Positions 1 through 10,323 of a stretch of 64,000 bases of DNA are shown here, one piece after another. Source of the stretch: Deltaproteobacteria bacterium (lineage in GTDB: Bacteria > Myxococcota > Kuafuiibacteriia > Kuafuiibacteriales > Kuafuiibacteriaceae). The notes under the pieces were generated by a model. The model was not told the DNA's origin. It saw nothing but the letters and a program-made list of their open reading frames with translations, and made no database searches. Position 1 is the first letter of the stretch; every line of letters begins with the position of its first letter. The translations under genes were made by a program, and so were the position numbers. The stretch spans positions 128,001-192,000 of the forward strand of contig JAVJQW010000018.1 of the NCBI GenBank assembly GCA_040218735.1. Reading direction: 5' to 3'.

Positions 1-1644
1 GGTTACGCGGCGACGGCGCACAGCGGCTTCGTTCACCGCGTCGACCTGGCCGGGCTCACTGACCGCGACGCGCCGGCGATCCTCGGCGGACCGTTGTCGA
101 TCGATCAGCTGCGCGACGTCGCGAAGAGCGGTGGCGTGGTCTGGCTCCAGGGGTTGGAGGCGATGAATTCGCCGAAGCTCGCCACTGGAATCGCGGCGCT
201 CCTCAACATGCCGAAGCTGACCGGGAACACGAAGCTCCCGTTCTTCCTCGACTTCGAAGTGAAGTCCGAGGACCTCGAGGACGACGAGCGCGGCGAGATC
301 ACGCGGCAGCTCGCGAAGGCGCTCGACGTCGCCGGCCTCCGGACCAAGGCGACGCAGGGAGCGATCAAACCCCTCGGCCCCGACGCGATGCTCGTCTACG
401 CGGAGTCGGTGCTGAAGGAGCTCATGGCGGCGGAAGGGCTCGAGGACGTGCACATCGCGTTCGACCCGGACGCTCGCGCGTTCCTCGGTGAGCTGCTCGC
501 CACGCCGCACAAGCCGCTCGTGGAGCTGGAAGCGCGCTTGCGCGAGCTGATCGTTCGGCACCTCGACACGCAGACCTCGGTGTACCGCAAGGGCGGCTTC
601 ATTCGCATCGCGCTCGGCAAGCCGTTCCAGGACGACCCCGCGCTCCGCGAGCGGCTGATCTCTCGTTTCTCCGAGAAGTACGTCGACCTGTTCGAAGGGC
701 ACGCGGCGTTCGAGCCGCTGGAGACCGGACGCATCGTCGACCGGAACGACCTCGCCGAGGAGCTCATCGAGACCTCGACGAAGTACGCCCACCTGTTGCG
801 CTACTTCGGTCAGAGCCTCGAGCTCGGCGAGCCGGTTCAGGTCGTCGACGACGTGGTCGAGGCCTCGCACGGGCTCGCCGAGGTGCTCCAGCGCGTCGAG
901 GCCGACCTCGAGCGCGGCGCCAAGACCCGCGTGAAGAAGAAGCTGGGCGCGGTGAGCGAGGACCTGTTCCGTGAGCTCGAGAAGGCGGCGCAGACCTACG
1001 CGACCTCGGTCACGCAGGCGTCGGCCGAGCCGATGCTCGTGCTCCCCGAACAGCTGAAGACGAGCGTCGCGCTCCGGCAGCAGCTGTACGAGCTCGTCGA
1101 CATGTACGGGGCGGGTGCGCCGATCAAGCCGCAGCAGGTCCCGGCCGCGGGGCGCCTCGCCGGACAGTTCGCACAGGCGTTCCAGGCGCACGGTGACCAG
1201 GTCGCCCAGTCGGAGCCGGGCCGGCGCTTCACGAACCTACGCGTGGGCGTCGAGGCCCTCGCGGCGGTCGTGGACATGGCGGCGATGGCGGCGAACGCCA
1301 ACATCGAGGAGATGCAGATCGACATCATCCGCCGCGACGACGCGAAGGCGTGTCGCGAGGCGCTCGAGCAGGCGCGCTCCATCCTGGTGCCGTACGCGCT
1401 CGACAACGTGTTGCGCTACGGGCCGCTCGTGGATGCCGTCCACATGGCGGGCTACGACGAGCGCGCGCCGCTGCTGATGAAGATGGTCGACATGGCGAAG
1501 GACCTGCTCGAAGCGATGCAGGGTGAAGAGGAAGAGTCGGCTCGCGAGCGCTCGGCGCTGGCGGTGTCGGTGCTCCGCGACTTCTTGAACGAGACGCTCG
1601 CGCCGCACCTCGAAGAGGACAAGGACAATGACGATCAAGGCTGA
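1..1644 (+). CDS. 5'-truncated large protein with a degenerate ClpA/B-type AAA+ D2 module and a helical C-terminal extension
   Basis: Frame 1 is open from base 1. 'HRVDLAGL..ILGGP..VVWLQGLE' and 'KPLGPDAM..IAFDPDARAFLGE..LEARLRELIVRHL' resemble ClpB D2 and D2-small. Walker B DE appears replaced by QG and the GAR motif is absent. Confidence 0.6.
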   Translation, partial: GYAATAHSGFVHRVDLAGLTDRDAPAILGGPLSIDQLRDVAKSGGVVWLQGLEAMNSPKLATGIAALLNMPKLTGNTKLPFFLDFEVKSEDLEDDERGEITRQLAKALDVAGLRTKATQGAIKPLGPDAMLVYAESVLKELMAAEGLEDVHIAFDPDARAFLGELLATPHKPLVELEARLRELIVRHLDTQTSVYRKGGFIRIALGKPFQDDPALRERLISRFSEKYVDLFEGHAAFEPLETGRIVDRNDLAEELIETSTKYAHLLRYFGQSLELGEPVQVVDDVVEASHGLAEVLQRVEADLERGAKTRVKKKLGAVSEDLFRELEKAAQTYATSVTQASAEPMLVLPEQLKTSVALRQQLYELVDMYGAGAPIKPQQVPAAGRLAGQFAQAFQAHGDQVAQSEPGRRFTNLRVGVEALAAVVDMAAMAANANIEEMQIDIIRRDDAKACREALEQARSILVPYALDNVLRYGPLVDAVHMAGYDERAPLLMKMVDMAKDLLEAMQGEEEESARERSALAVSVLRDFLNETLAPHLEEDKDNDDQG

Positions 1645-2665
1645 CAACGCACCGGATCCGGTTCGCCTCGCGAACGAGATGCTCGCGCAGTTCCAGTCGA
1701 ACGTGGCGCGCGCCGGCGTGAAGGGCAAAGACCCCGACGCGATGACGTTCGACAAGGACGCGTTCGAGATCGTGGCGAGCAGCGTATCGCCGGAGTTCGC
1801 GGAGCTTCGGAGTGTGCTGGGCGCGCGGCTCGACCTGTACGACCTGGAGGCCTCCGCCGTCCCGAACCCACGCGGCGGTGGTTGGTTCCTTCGGCTCGAA
1901 GACGCCAAGGGGCAGCAGGTCGACTTCCGCGTGGACCGCGGAGACCTCTCGGAGATCCGCGGGTTCCTGCACGACCACGCGGGCCTCGGCTACATGAATG
2001 TGGAGCTCGACAACGAAGAGGGCATCCAGCAGCTCGCGCGACTGATCGCGACCGCGACGGTGAGCCCGGACTTCAAGGCCAAGGTGCCCCTCGCGGCGCG
2101 TTACGTCGGTGACGTTCGTCGTGCGCTCGTTCCGTCGGCCAAGAAGCAGACGGCGCGCGCGGTGCTCGCGCTGAACAACGCCCTCCAGGGGGCGGCGCAG
2201 GGCAGTGCGGCGGACATGGAGAAGCTGATTACCGCGTACATCGAGCTCGGGTTCAGCTTCCGCAAGTTCAGCAAGGTGTACGGGGACTCGGACAAGGAGT
2301 CGCTCTCGATCGAGTTCGCCGACAAGAACGGCAACGAGGTTCGCTTCGAGGTCGAGGCGGTCATGGACGACGAGAACGACCGCGTGAAGGGCCACGAGTG
2401 CAAGATGTCCTGGTCGGTGCGTGAGCAGAAGAACAACGCCACGGCGCCGAACAACGCGAACCAGATCAACGAGTGGATCCGCGAGTTCGGCATCAAGGAC
2501 GCCGGCAGCAACAACAACTCCAACGGCACGCGCGAGGGTGAGCGTTCGCTCGACCGCGCCAGCGAGAAGAAGTTCGTCGTCGAGCTGATGCAGTACGCGA
2601 AGAACCGCAAGTGGATCACGATCGACACGTCGAAGGGTAGCCTCGGGAGGCACCTCAAGCTGTGA
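1628..2665 (+). CDS. Hypothetical protein, distant paralog of the next two genes
   Basis: 345 aa with high-GC codon usage; overlaps the upstream stop. Shares 'AVxxPxGxW..D..GQ..D....HAG..Y..EL....LARL..TA' with the 2662 and 4208 genes. Confidence 0.85.
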   Translation: MTIKADNAPDPVRLANEMLAQFQSNVARAGVKGKDPDAMTFDKDAFEIVASSVSPEFAELRSVLGARLDLYDLEASAVPNPRGGGWFLRLEDAKGQQVDFRVDRGDLSEIRGFLHDHAGLGYMNVELDNEEGIQQLARLIATATVSPDFKAKVPLAARYVGDVRRALVPSAKKQTARAVLALNNALQGAAQGSAADMEKLITAYIELGFSFRKFSKVYGDSDKESLSIEFADKNGNEVRFEVEAVMDDENDRVKGHECKMSWSVREQKNNATAPNNANQINEWIREFGIKDAGSNNNSNGTREGERSLDRASEKKFVVELMQYAKNRKWITIDTSKGSLGRHLKL

Positions 2666-4197
2666 CCCGCATCGACGACAGAGCCGCGCCGAAGACTCCG
2701 GTCGACGCCCCCGACGAACCCGCGCCGGCGACGCCGAGCGCGGACGTCGTGGACCGCGCGACGCGGATTCAGGATCTGCTCGGCGGCCTGTCGGTCCCCT
2801 TCTCCGCGAGTGACATCCCGGACGGGTTGATTCGTGCGCCGGAGCGTCGGGACATCGAAGTGCGTCGACGCGAGCAACCGCGGTTGCGGTCGGAGGGGCC
2901 CACGCTCGACCCGCGCAGCTTCGACGTCATGAACCGCATGGTGGTCGCGAACACGCACTACCTGAAGCGAGAGCTCGGACGTCGCTTCGAGTTCGTCGGC
3001 GCGGTCGCGGACGCGGTCCGCACGCCGTCCGGACGTTGGTACTTCCAGGTCAAGGACCCGACCGGGCAGAAGATGGACGTGCTCTTCGGCGACGGCGTGA
3101 AGGCCGCCGCGAAGTTCATGATGCACCAGCACGCCGGTCGCCAGGGGTACTCGGACGAGCTGTCGCCCGAGGCGACGTTGGAGCTCGCGAAGCTCGTCAG
3201 CACCGCGCGGCTGCGCCCGGCGCCGAAGAAACAAGTCTCGGAGTTCGTGGTGGACGACGAGGAGGAGCTGCCGGAGGACCGTGAGGAGCTCGCGAAGGAA
3301 GAGTACCGCGCCGAGGACCACGCGGCTGCGAAGCAGTACCTGAAGGAGATGGTGGACCGCACGCCGAAGCGCCTCCCGCCGCTGTTGCGCGAGCTGGCGC
3401 GCAAGGAGGCGGCGGACCTCGCGGAGGCGGATCTCGATCGGCTGATCGGGACGATCGCGGGCAAGCCGATCATGCTCCGTGCGTTCGAGCTCGACACGTA
3501 CGACGGCAACACGTTGCGCCTCGCGCGGACCGACGCCGCCGGCAACGTCTCACTGATCGAGCTGATGATTCAGGAGTTCGAGGACCGCGAGCCGGGCGCC
3601 ATGCTCCGCGTGGCGATCCCGCCGGAGGACCCGCCGGCCCGGGAGTTCGATCCGGACCTCGCGAAGAACCTCCAGATCATGGACGACGTCGACGACGACC
3701 TGCTGACGCCGACGTTCGAGGTCACGTCTTCCTCGCTCGGGCTCGCGCTGTTTCGGTTCGCGACCGACAAACTCGCGTACCCCCCGGTGGAGGTCGACCA
3801 GCACGACGAGCTGCTGAAGTTCGTGGATCCGAAGCGTGAGCACATCGTCGCGGACGAGATCGACCCGGAGGACCTCGACGATGACGAACGCGCGGCGCTC
3901 GAGAAGCCGTTCACCACGGCCGAGACGCGCAAGTTCCGGCAGGCCTTGAAGTGGTTGGACGCGAACTGGGACGGGCTCATCTCGACGGGCCTGTTCAACA
4001 ACAACGGCATCCAGACCGGCTACCTGACGTACTACGGCGACAACGCCAACCAGGAGTTCGCGAAGCTCAAGCAGGTCTGCGGGCTGCTCGCCTCCGACAA
4101 ACGCTTCGTGATGGCGATGTCGCAGCCGTCGTACATCAACCGCGAGGTCATCCAGACGACGCTCGAGAAACTCGAGAACCAGGCGGAGGCCGCCTAA
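2662..4197 (+). CDS. Hypothetical acidic protein (paralog A)
   Basis: 511 aa; GTGA start/stop overlap; strongly similar to 4208-5698. Confidence 0.85.
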   Translation: MTRIDDRAAPKTPVDAPDEPAPATPSADVVDRATRIQDLLGGLSVPFSASDIPDGLIRAPERRDIEVRRREQPRLRSEGPTLDPRSFDVMNRMVVANTHYLKRELGRRFEFVGAVADAVRTPSGRWYFQVKDPTGQKMDVLFGDGVKAAAKFMMHQHAGRQGYSDELSPEATLELAKLVSTARLRPAPKKQVSEFVVDDEEELPEDREELAKEEYRAEDHAAAKQYLKEMVDRTPKRLPPLLRELARKEAADLAEADLDRLIGTIAGKPIMLRAFELDTYDGNTLRLARTDAAGNVSLIELMIQEFEDREPGAMLRVAIPPEDPPAREFDPDLAKNLQIMDDVDDDLLTPTFEVTSSSLGLALFRFATDKLAYPPVEVDQHDELLKFVDPKREHIVADEIDPEDLDDDERAALEKPFTTAETRKFRQALKWLDANWDGLISTGLFNNNGIQTGYLTYYGDNANQEFAKLKQVCGLLASDKRFVMAMSQPSYINREVIQTTLEKLENQAEAA

Positions 4198-4207
4198 GGC
4201 GCACACC

Positions 4208-5698
4208 ATGAGCGTTCGAGCACGGGGTCGAGGTGAGGTCGCGTACACGCCGTCCGCCGACGTCGTGGATCGTGCGACGAAGATCCAGGAGCGGCTCGGC
4301 GCGATGTCCGTTCCGTTCGCGGCGAGCGAGATCCCGGACGGATTGCTCCGCGTGCCGGAGCGTCAGTCGCTGGAGGTCCGGCAGCGTCGCCTCGGCGGAA
4401 CGGAGACAGCGGCGTCGGTGCTCGACGCACGGAGCTTCGACGTCCTCAACCGGATGACGGTGATGAAGACCCAGCACCTCAAACACGAGCTGGGTCGTCA
4501 CTTCGAGTTCGTGGGCGCGAACGCCGACGCGGTGCGCACGCCGTCGGGGCGCTGGTACTTCCGCGTCACGGATCCGCGCGGACAGAAGATGGACGTGATC
4601 TTCGGCGGTGGGCTGTGCAGCGGTGCGCGATTCATGATGCACGCCCACGTGGGACGCCAGGGGTACTCGGACGAGCTGAGCCCGGAGGCGACCCTGGAGC
4701 TCGCGCGGCTGGTGTCGACGGCGCGGCTGCGTCCGGCGCCCAAGAAGCAGGAAGACGAGTTCGAGGTGCAGCTCGACGACGACGAGCAGCTCCCCGAGGA
4801 CGCGGAGGGCCTCGCGAAGGAGGAGTACCGCGCCGAGGATCTGCGCGACGCCAAGGCGTACCTGAAGCACCTGGTGGACCGCGTGCCGGCACGTCTGCCG
4901 TCGTTGCTGCGGGAGGTCGCGCGCAAGGCGCCCGAGGACTACGTCGAAGCGGATCTGGATCGGCTCCTCGGGATGATCGCGGACGAACCGATCATGCTGC
5001 GTGCGTTCGACGTCGACAGCTACGACGGCAACTCACTCCGCCTGTCGCGGACCGACAGCGAGGGCAACGTCGCGCTGATCGAGCTGATGATTCAGGAGTA
5101 CGAAGATCGCGATCCGGGTGCGCTCTTGCGCGTGGCGATGCCGCCCGAGGCGTCCGCGCAGCGGGCGTATCAGCCGGACCTCGAGAACGACCTGAAGATC
5201 ATCGACGACATCGACGACGACCTGCTCACGCCGTACTTCGAGGTCACCAACGCGTCGCTTGGTGTCGCGCTCCTGCAGTTCGCCGCGGACCACGCGGACC
5301 CGCCGATCTCCGTCGAGGACAAGGACACCCTCGTCGGCTACCTCGACTTCTCGAAGCGCCCCGCGCCCGAGCCGGACCCGGAAGAGGTCGACGACGAGGC
5401 CCCGGTCGCCAAACACACCCAGCCGCTGAACAAACAGGAGATCCGCACGCTCCGCCGCGCGCTCGGGTGGCTCGACGCGAACTGGGAGGAGTACCACAAG
5501 GGCAACCTGCGGAACGGCCCGCAGTTCGGGTACCTCGCGTACACCGCGGACAACTGCCGGGTGCCGAAGCTCGCGGAGTGTTATCGCGTGGTGGAGTCGG
5601 ACCAGCGCTTCAAGCAGATGCTGATGGCGCACCACCGCACGTACATGACTCGGGACACGGTGCAGGCCGTGCTCGGGGAGCTGAAGGCGATGCGCTGA
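4208..5698 (+). CDS. Hypothetical acidic protein (paralog B)
   Basis: 496 aa; shares long near-identical blocks with paralog A, e.g. GRQGYSDELSPEATLELA. Confidence 0.85.
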   Translation: MSVRARGRGEVAYTPSADVVDRATKIQERLGAMSVPFAASEIPDGLLRVPERQSLEVRQRRLGGTETAASVLDARSFDVLNRMTVMKTQHLKHELGRHFEFVGANADAVRTPSGRWYFRVTDPRGQKMDVIFGGGLCSGARFMMHAHVGRQGYSDELSPEATLELARLVSTARLRPAPKKQEDEFEVQLDDDEQLPEDAEGLAKEEYRAEDLRDAKAYLKHLVDRVPARLPSLLREVARKAPEDYVEADLDRLLGMIADEPIMLRAFDVDSYDGNSLRLSRTDSEGNVALIELMIQEYEDRDPGALLRVAMPPEASAQRAYQPDLENDLKIIDDIDDDLLTPYFEVTNASLGVALLQFAADHADPPISVEDKDTLVGYLDFSKRPAPEPDPEEVDDEAPVAKHTQPLNKQEIRTLRRALGWLDANWEEYHKGNLRNGPQFGYLAYTADNCRVPKLAECYRVVESDQRFKQMLMAHHRTYMTRDTVQAVLGELKAMR

Positions 5699-5701
5699 GG
5701 C

Positions 5702-6328
5702 TCACCCGTGGGTGAGGCCCTTCTCCTTCGCGATACCGGCGTTGATCTCGTTCGCCTTGATGAGGCCCGGGCGTGCGTTCAACCGTTCGAGGTACGCCAT
5801 GTACTCGGGGCGCTTCTCCAGCATCCCGAACTGCGTCATGAACCGAACCGTGCCGCCGAACACGACGTCGGCCATCGTGAACTGCTCGCCGCACAGGAAG
5901 GGCCCGTCGCCGATCGCACCGGTGATGGTGTCGAGCATCTCCTCGTAGGTGCCCCAGCCGATGCGGCTCGGTTCGAACGCCCACTCGGAGGAGTGCGCCG
6001 CGCAACCCGGCTCGATCACGGACGGTGCGTAGAAGGACCAACGTAGGTAGGCGGCGCGCTCGGGTGCGTCGTGTGCGGGGGCGAGGCGTCCGAGCGCATA
6101 GCGGTCCGCGAGGTACAACGCGATCGCCGCGGCCTCGGTGACGATCGTGTCGCCGTCGATCAGCGTCGGCAGCTTGCCCATGCGGTTCTTGTTCTTGATG
6201 TCGGGCTGCTTGTGCTCGCCCTTCATGATGTCGACGTAGACGAGCTCGTACGGCTCGCCCACCTCTTCGAGGGCCCAGACGGTCCCGCCGGCGCGCGTGA
6301 ATGGGTGGTGAAGGAGCTTCAGTGTCAC
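5702..6328 (-). CDS. Glutathione S-transferase family protein
   Basis: N-terminal 'WALEEVGEPYEL..NRMGKLPTLIDG..TEAAAI' and C-terminal 'GEQFTMADV'. Confidence 0.93.
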   Translation of the reverse strand: MTLKLLHHPFTRAGGTVWALEEVGEPYELVYVDIMKGEHKQPDIKNKNRMGKLPTLIDGDTIVTEAAAIALYLADRYALGRLAPAHDAPERAAYLRWSFYAPSVIEPGCAAHSSEWAFEPSRIGWGTYEEMLDTITGAIGDGPFLCGEQFTMADVVFGGTVRFMTQFGMLEKRPEYMAYLERLNARPGLIKANEINAGIAKEKGLTHG

Positions 6329-6352
6329 GCGCCGGACGATAGCGCCGCGGTG

Positions 6353-8950
6353 TCAGCGGGCGCCATGGCACTTCTTGAATTTCTTGCCGCTCCCGCAGGG
6401 GCACGGATCGTTGCGCCCGACCCCGCGGAAGTCGGGCGCGGCGCCCTCGGGGGCCGCCGGCGCGTCGTTGGCCGGGCGCTGCTGCTGTTGCCGCGCGGCC
6501 ATCTGCGCTTCGTACATCGCCTTCATCTCCGACAGCTTCTCGTCGCGACGGCGACGCGCCGCGGTGAGGTCGACGGTGAAGTCCTCGGGGAGCTTCGCGC
6601 CGAAGGTCTCGAGCTCGACGACGTAGTCCTCGAGGTGCTGGACCATCGCAGCGCGATCGTCGGTGTCGTACAGGCGCACGTCCTCACCGGCGGCGTCGAG
6701 GTGCGCGAGCGCCTGGGTCGCCCACTTCGCGGCTTCGTCGTGCTCGCCGGAGCGGAAGCGGAGCGTCGCGCGCATCGCCATCGCTTCGACCGACGTCGCG
6801 TCCGTCGCGAGGACCGCGTCGAGGTCTTCGTCGACGTTCGGGCGCTCCAGCAGCAGGAGCAGCCGCGCGCGATGCAGGCGCGGTCGAATGCCGTCGGGCG
6901 ACGCTGCGATGTCCCCCTCCAACGTTCGGAGCGCCTCCGACAGGCCCATCTTCTTGGCGCCGACGCTCGTCTGCGCCGGCGTCACGAGCGGATCGAAGTC
7001 CACGTTCCCGCGCTGCGCCGCCTGGAGGAACTGCATCATGTGCTGCGTGAGGATTTGACCGCCCTCGGGGGTGGGCTTGAGTTTGTCCGCCGCGCCGCAC
7101 GCCTTGCAGCGCGGGTCACCGACGAACGCCGGATCGCCGAGGTCGTCCTTCGCGTCCACGTCGAGGTAGACGCGCTTGTACGTGTACCAGAGCGTCTCCT
7201 TGCAGCGCTCACACTCCAGCGGCAAGCGTACTTGCGGTGCCTCGCGCTCCTCCGGCTCGCGCGCGGCCATCGTGCGATCGATCGCGGCCTTCAGCTTGTC
7301 GTCCATCTCGGCGCCCGTCGCGAGCGCGAGCACCGCCCACGCGACCTCTTCCGGCTCATCCGCGAACGCGCGGCTCGCGAGCACCGGGAGGAGGCGCGGA
7401 TCACCGACGCGCAGGAGCGTCCGCGACAAAGCGCTGCGCCCGTGCGGCCGCAGGTCGAGGAAGCGGCGCCCACACACCAGACCGATGCGCTCGGTGCGGA
7501 GCTCCTCGGCGCAGGCGAGGGCGAGCGTGGTGGCGCGTTCGTCGAGGGGGATGCGCCCGAGCACCTCGAGCACCGCGGCCTCGCCCTTGTCGCGCGCCTT
7601 CGATACGGCGCGCACGACGGCGGCGTGCACGGAGGGTTCGTCGACCTCGGCTGCCGCGTCGACGAGCGCCTCGCCGTGACCGCCGTGCAGGACGGCGGCG
7701 AGGAGGCGCTCGATCGTGCGACCGCGCAGGAAGGTCTCGCGGACGATCACCGACAACACCCGACGCATGTCGCGCGGCGCGGTCTGTTCGAAGAGCTTCG
7801 TCAGCGCGGCCTCGTCCATCGCGGCGAGGGCCGCGGCGTCGTGTTCACCGCCGAGGGTCTTCGCGAGCGCGATCATGCCGGCGCTCTTGGATTCGTCGCC
7901 GCCGCCCGCGATGACGATGGACGCCGCCTTGGTGGCGGCCGCGACGAAGAGGCCCGCGGCGTCGAGCTCGAGACCACCGATCAGATCGGCGCGCTCCACG
8001 AGCGCCGCGACGAGGCCGCGACGACGGCGCGGCATCGAGCCCAGCTCGTGCGCTTCGTCCGAGGTGTCCTCCACCGGCGGGTCGACCTCGAGGATCGGCG
8101 CGAGCGCGTGCAGGATGGCGCCCGCGTTCTTCACCTTCATCGCTTCGGTCAGCGCGGTCGCCTGCTCGCCTTCGAGGAGCGGGACGACGTCGGCTTCGAG
8201 CGTCTCGCGCGCCATGTCGAGCAGCTCGAGCCCGGCCTCCTTGCGCGAGTAGGGGATCGGGACGCCCGTCACGACACACAGCGCGGCGCGCGTCGGGAAC
8301 GACGCGTTCTCCGGCTCGTCCTCCTTGGAGTCACCGATCGCGTTGCCGATGACCCGCCCCGCGAGGCCCTGGTTGCCGGAGAGGAGCGCTGCCCCGTAGA
8401 GCGCGCCGCGGCGATCGGGCGACAGCGCGCCGGCGCGGTTGAGCGCCTTGTCGAGGAACGCGACGACCTCGTCCGAGCCGATGATCGCGAGCGCGGTCGC
8501 GGTGGCCGCGTACGCTTCGCCGTCGAGGCGGCCGCGTGCGCGCACCGCTTCGAGGAGTGTGTCTGGGGCGAGGTGCCCGAGCGCGCTCGCGAGCTGCGCG
8601 GCGAGGTCGCCGGTGGCTTCCTCGAAGCGCTTCTTCATCGCATCGACGGCGCCCTTGGCGTTCTTGCGTTCGAGGAGCCCGATCGCTTCCATCGCGACGA
8701 GCGGATCCTCGTCGGCGACCTTGGCGATCGCCGCTTCGACGAGGTCGTCGTCGCCGCGCACGCCGATCTGCTCGATCGCAAACGTGCGCACGATCGGGTT
8801 GTCGTGATCGAGGAGCTCGCGGATGCGGTCGGCTTCGAGGACGAAGCGGTTCTCGGGGGCCCCGTTGGGGTGCGGGAGGTCGGCGTCGGGCTCGGGCAGC
8901 ACGTTCGCCGCGGCTTCGTCGTTGTTCGCTCCGATGATGTGGATCGCCAC
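6353..8950 (-). CDS. HEAT-repeat / Zn-ribbon / TPR protein with C-terminal SEC-C motif
   Basis: Ends 'VGRNDPCPCGSGKKFKKCHG'; N-terminal HEAT-like repeats; internal CERC and CKAC cysteine pairs. Confidence 0.85.
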   Translation of the reverse strand: MAIHIIGANNDEAAANVLPEPDADLPHPNGAPENRFVLEADRIRELLDHDNPIVRTFAIEQIGVRGDDDLVEAAIAKVADEDPLVAMEAIGLLERKNAKGAVDAMKKRFEEATGDLAAQLASALGHLAPDTLLEAVRARGRLDGEAYAATATALAIIGSDEVVAFLDKALNRAGALSPDRRGALYGAALLSGNQGLAGRVIGNAIGDSKEDEPENASFPTRAALCVVTGVPIPYSRKEAGLELLDMARETLEADVVPLLEGEQATALTEAMKVKNAGAILHALAPILEVDPPVEDTSDEAHELGSMPRRRRGLVAALVERADLIGGLELDAAGLFVAAATKAASIVIAGGGDESKSAGMIALAKTLGGEHDAAALAAMDEAALTKLFEQTAPRDMRRVLSVIVRETFLRGRTIERLLAAVLHGGHGEALVDAAAEVDEPSVHAAVVRAVSKARDKGEAAVLEVLGRIPLDERATTLALACAEELRTERIGLVCGRRFLDLRPHGRSALSRTLLRVGDPRLLPVLASRAFADEPEEVAWAVLALATGAEMDDKLKAAIDRTMAAREPEEREAPQVRLPLECERCKETLWYTYKRVYLDVDAKDDLGDPAFVGDPRCKACGAADKLKPTPEGGQILTQHMMQFLQAAQRGNVDFDPLVTPAQTSVGAKKMGLSEALRTLEGDIAASPDGIRPRLHRARLLLLLERPNVDEDLDAVLATDATSVEAMAMRATLRFRSGEHDEAAKWATQALAHLDAAGEDVRLYDTDDRAAMVQHLEDYVVELETFGAKLPEDFTVDLTAARRRRDEKLSEMKAMYEAQMAARQQQQRPANDAPAAPEGAAPDFRGVGRNDPCPCGSGKKFKKCHGAR

Positions 8951-8988
8951 GCGGGGGGCTTAGCCAACGCGTCGATGCGAGGCAAAGA

Positions 8989-10323
8989 CTATCGGAGGGC
9001 GCCGAGGATCTCGCGGGCGCGTTCCGTCTCGTCCGGATCCACGTAGACGCGCGTCAGGTGCACGGCGCCCGAGTACCGCCGGTAGAGCGGCGTGTACGCC
9101 TCGACCAGGAACGCGTGGCCCTCGTCCACGATGTACAGCTCGTGGTCCTTGGCGGGCATGGGGGGCTGGCTCCCCGTCGCGAAGTACTTCGACAGGCGGC
9201 CCTTCACCTGGTGCACGATCGAATCGATCCCCGCGGCGTCGAACGCGGCGGCCACGTCTGCGGCCGGAGGCAGGGGCGCCGCGACGTTCGGGCTCGCCTC
9301 GCCGACGACCTCGCGCGCTTCGAAGACCATGCGGAACGCGCGGCGCTCCACGATGCGGCGCGCCCACGGGTTCTTCGACGAACGGAGGAGGCCGTGCAGG
9401 AAGACGTCGTCACACGCGAGGTAGGCGTCGATGTCCGAGGGGAGGGCGAGCTCGCCGTCGCTCGTGTCGTGGTACTGCTCCAACATCACCTCGTAGCCGA
9501 TCGCGACGTGGTGAAAGTAGACCGACATGAACATGTGGTAGCGGCTCAGGAGGTAGTCCTCGAAGCCGAAGCTCGCGCGTGCGTTGAGGCCGAGCGACAC
9601 CGCGCCGTTCTGCTCGACGGGGAGCAGGTTCTCGAGCAGCCATTCGTGATCGTAGCGACCGTACGGGACCCCCGCGAAGTACGAGTCGCGGAGCAGGTAG
9701 TCCATGCGGTCGGCGTCGAGCTCACTCGACACGCACTGCCTGAGCGCGGGGAACCAGTCGACGCCGTTCACGACGAAGCGCCGACGGATCGCATCGTTCG
9801 GCGCGCGCCCCGCGACGAGCAGCGCGATGTCGGTGGGGTGCACGCCGTGCGGCGCCGCGTGGCGTTCGAGCAGCGCGGTCAGCGGTGAGTCGGTCACGAT
9901 CTTCAGCGTGTAGTCTTCGTGGTTCGCGATGCGTTCGCGTGGCCCGAAGAACCAGTCGCCGAGCCCGAGCGAGCCCGCGGGGGGCATGAAGCGCTCGGTG
10001 GTGTGGGAGAGCGGCGCGTGGCCGAGGTCGTGGAAGATCGCCGCGAGGCGCACCGTCTTCTCGAGGCGTCGGCGGTCGGCGTCGTCGAGCGCGTAGTCCT
10101 TCGACAGCACGTCGAACATGCGCGATGCGATGTGCATCGTGCCGAGCCCGTGGGCGTAGCGGGTGTGGGTCGCGCCGGGGAACGCGAGGTCCGCGAACCC
10201 GAGCTGTTTGATCATGCGCAGCCGCTGGAACGCGCGGTGGTCCACGAGCGCGATCTCGTCTCGGCTGAGCTGGATCGTCCCGTGGATCGGGTCGCGGATG
10301 CGGACGTTGGCCGGAGTGCTCAC
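8989..10323 (-). CDS. HD-domain phosphohydrolase (SAMHD1/dNTP triphosphohydrolase-like)
   Basis: 'IRDPIHG', 'FQRLRMIKQLG', 'HTRYAHGLG', 'HDLGHAPLSH', 'DADRMDYLLRD'. GTG start at 10323 overlaps the upstream TGA. Confidence 0.92.
   Translation of the reverse strand: MSTPANVRIRDPIHGTIQLSRDEIALVDHRAFQRLRMIKQLGFADLAFPGATHTRYAHGLGTMHIASRMFDVLSKDYALDDADRRRLEKTVRLAAIFHDLGHAPLSHTTERFMPPAGSLGLGDWFFGPRERIANHEDYTLKIVTDSPLTALLERHAAPHGVHPTDIALLVAGRAPNDAIRRRFVVNGVDWFPALRQCVSSELDADRMDYLLRDSYFAGVPYGRYDHEWLLENLLPVEQNGAVSLGLNARASFGFEDYLLSRYHMFMSVYFHHVAIGYEVMLEQYHDTSDGELALPSDIDAYLACDDVFLHGLLRSSKNPWARRIVERRAFRMVFEAREVVGEASPNVAAPLPPAADVAAAFDAAGIDSIVHQVKGRLSKYFATGSQPPMPAKDHELYIVDEGHAFLVEAYTPLYRRYSGAVHLTRVYVDPDETERAREILGALR

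Noticed and set aside
6071-9046. 991-aa plus-strand ORF, and similar long antisense ORFs such as 54662-57997, 17716-19818, 24097-26154 and 27632-29566
   Set aside because: Shadow ORFs opposite real genes; expected from high-GC codon bias and lacking any motifs.
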